Shown: positions 62,155-64,000 of the stretch, one piece after another
Layout of the letters: the number at the start of each line of letters is the position of its first letter
How positions within the stretch are numbered: position 1 is the first letter of the stretch
Assembly (NCBI GenBank): GCA_944345705.1
Contig: CALVML010000001.1
Coordinates: forward strand, 34,871 to 98,870
Direction: 5' to 3'
DNA length: 64,000 nt
Source of the DNA: an uncultured Clostridia bacterium
Lineage (GTDB): Bacteria > Bacillota > Clostridia > Christensenellales > UBA1242
Notes under the pieces: model-generated
The model's database searches: none
What the model was told of the DNA's origin: nothing
What the model saw: only the letters and a program-made list of their open reading frames with translations
Made by a program: the position numbers and the translations under genes

Positions 62155-62736
62155 ATCAGAAGCCGAACCAAGCACAACTTTAGTTGTATTTGAGTGAGGC
62201 TGATGGTCATACATACCGTGATGAACACAATTTATTGTGTTTTTGCGTTTAGCAAAATTAAAATTTAACTTGCTTAAATTTTAACATCACATAGTTTATA
62301 TTATCGGAAGCCGAACCAAGCACAACTTTAGTTGTATTTGAGTGAGGCTGATGGTTATACATACTGTGATGAACACAATTTATTGTGTTTTTGCGTTTAG
62401 CAAAATTAAAATTTAACTTGCTTAAATTTTAACATCACATAGTTTATATTATCGGAAGCCGAACCAAGCACAACTTTAGTTGTATTTGAGTGAGGCTGAT
62501 GGTTATACATACTGTGATGAACACAATTTATTGTGTTTTTGCGTTTAGCAAAATTAAAATTTAACTTGCTTAAATTTTAACATCACCTTGTTTATATTAT
62601 CGTAAGCCGAACTTGCTTGCAAGAGTGAGGCTGATGGTCATACATACTAAGTGATGAGTATGCGTTAGCACACAAATTCGATAGAATTTATTAAAATTTT
62701 ATGCTAATAAAATTTTAACATCACATAGATAATATT
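62155..62736. repeat. Tandem array of four multi-hairpin units, period 148 bp
   Basis: Units start at 62155, 62303, 62451, 62599; units 1-3 nearly identical, unit 4 has replaced hairpins. Confidence 0.95.
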
Positions 62737-62746
62737 CTCAGTTAAA

Positions 62747-64000
62747 TTAACAAACTTTCTTAGCTGAATCTGAATCATTTTTCTTTTTTATAATATCAGG
62801 TTGAGCATTTTCAAATTCTATAAATTTGTCTGTTACTATTATTTTATCTATATCTTTTATGCTAGGCGCTTCGTACATCAATTTTGTCATCTTTTGCTCA
62901 ATGATCGTACGCAGTCCCCTTGCACCAGTTTTAAGTTCAATAGCTTTTTTTGCTATCGCATTTACAGCTTCCTGCGAAAATTCTATCTCTATACCATCCA
63001 TTCTAAACATGAGTTTATACTGCTTTATTATAGAATTTTTTGGTTCGGTCAAAATCTTCACTAAAGCCTCTTGGTTAAGTTCGTCTAATCCTACAACTAT
63101 AGGCAATCTTCCAATAAATTCAGGTATTAAACCAAATTTCACTAAGTCATCTGGCTGTACATCCTTAAAATTGTTGATTTCTTTCTTTTCTTCCTGAGTT
63201 TTTATCTCAGCATTAAACCCTAAAGTAGTGTTATTTTTTCTCGTTTCAATGATATCATTTAAACGAACAAAAGCTCCGCCACAAATAAACAAAATATTTG
63301 TTGTATCAATTTGCAACATTTCTTGATTAGGATGCTTTCTTCCACCTTGTGGTGGCACTGAAGCAATTGTGCTTTCGAGTATTTTTAAAAGTGCTTGTTG
63401 CACTCCTTCACCTGAAACATCACGTGTTATAGAAACATTCCCTGTTTTTCTTGCTATTTTATCTATCTCATCGATATATATAATACCTCTTTGAGCTTTT
63501 TCTATATCATAGTTCGCGTTTTGGATAAGTTTTAACAATATATTTTCAACATCTTCTCCAACATAACCAGCTTCAGTCAAAGTAGTCGCATCAGCAGCCG
63601 CAAAAGGAACTTGCAAAATCTTTGCTAGAGTCTTAGCAAGCAATGTTTTACCACTTCCTGTAGGACCAATCATAAGGATATTGCTTTTTTCAAGTTCTAC
63701 TTCATTTATTTCATCATCTATTCTAGTCAAATTATAATTAAGTCTTTTATAATGATTATAAACGGCAACAGATAACACCTTTTTTGCCTCATCCTGACCA
63801 ATAATATATTCATCGAGTTTAGCCTTTATTTCACTTGGAGTAGGCAATTCAATTTTTTCAAATTTAGATTTTGGTGTATACTCAGTTACGATATCCTTAC
63901 ATATTTCTATACATTCATCACAAATAAATGCTTCCCCATTTGGACTCGCAATCATTTTATTTGCTTCTTTTTGACTTTTACCACAAAAACTGCATTTGCA
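62747..64000 (-). CDS. clpX: ATP-dependent Clp protease ATP-binding subunit ClpX (start outside window)
   Basis: CSFCGK..ICDEC Zn finger, [20 protein letters not shown]. Confidence 0.98.
   Translation of the reverse strand, partial: CKCSFCGKSQKEANKMIASPNGEAFICDECIEICKDIVTEYTPKSKFEKIELPTPSEIKAKLDEYIIGQDEAKKVLSVAVYNHYKRLNYNLTRIDDEINEVELEKSNILMIGPTGSGKTLLAKTLAKILQVPFAAADATTLTEAGYVGEDVENILLKLIQNANYDIEKAQRGIIYIDEIDKIARKTGNVSITRDVSGEGVQQALLKILESTIASVPPQGGRKHPNQEMLQIDTTNILFICGGAFVRLNDIIETRKNNTTLGFNAEIKTQEEKKEINNFKDVQPDDLVKFGLIPEFIGRLPIVVGLDELNQEALVKILTEPKNSIIKQYKLMFRMDGIEIEFSQEAVNAIAKKAIELKTGARGLRTIIEQKMTKLMYEAPSIKDIDKIIVTDKFIEFENAQPDIIKKKNDSDSAKKVC

Noticed and set aside
62155-62736. CRISPR array
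   Set aside because: Units are repeated along their whole 148 bp with no unique spacers; no cas genes in the window
62155-62736. Hammerhead ribozyme, box C/D or TIGR-like array (CTGATGG, GTGATGA motifs)
   Set aside because: No GAAA core after the stem; GTGATG is paired in the closing helix; no variable guide segments or Nop-domain gene nearby

Overview
AT-rich core chromosome of a sporulating clostridial-type Firmicute. Genes run almost entirely on + up to about 35.3 kb and on - after that, which places the replication terminus in this window. Left arm: 3' end of a PolC-type exonuclease gene, rimP-nusA-ylxR-ylxQ-infB-rbfA-nrnA-truB, efp, spoIIIAA-AH, nusB-xseAB, infC(ATT start)-rpmI-rplT, yebC, ruvCAB, queA, tgt. 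Right arm: rny, spoIVB-recN-argR, thiI-iscS, pheST with T-box, tsaEB, rnj, greA, rlmH, tRNA-Leu(AAG), clpX. The most unusual part is the terminus cluster (28.6-35.3 kb): a single XerS-like recombinase, a palindromic difSL/difH-like site at 32515-32548 whose half-site recurs exactly in the xer promoter, an apparently catalytically dead CdnE-like (CD-NTase fold) protein with a basic insertion, and a PadR-HTH/long disordered linker/4-TM protein. Second, several ~110-150 bp multi-hairpin non-coding elements sit at gene 3' ends (yebC, rlmH, tRNA-Leu, clpX), two of them as tandem arrays with ~148-bp period. No CRISPR array, transposase or prophage was seen. All family assignments come from motif recognition by eye, not database searches.
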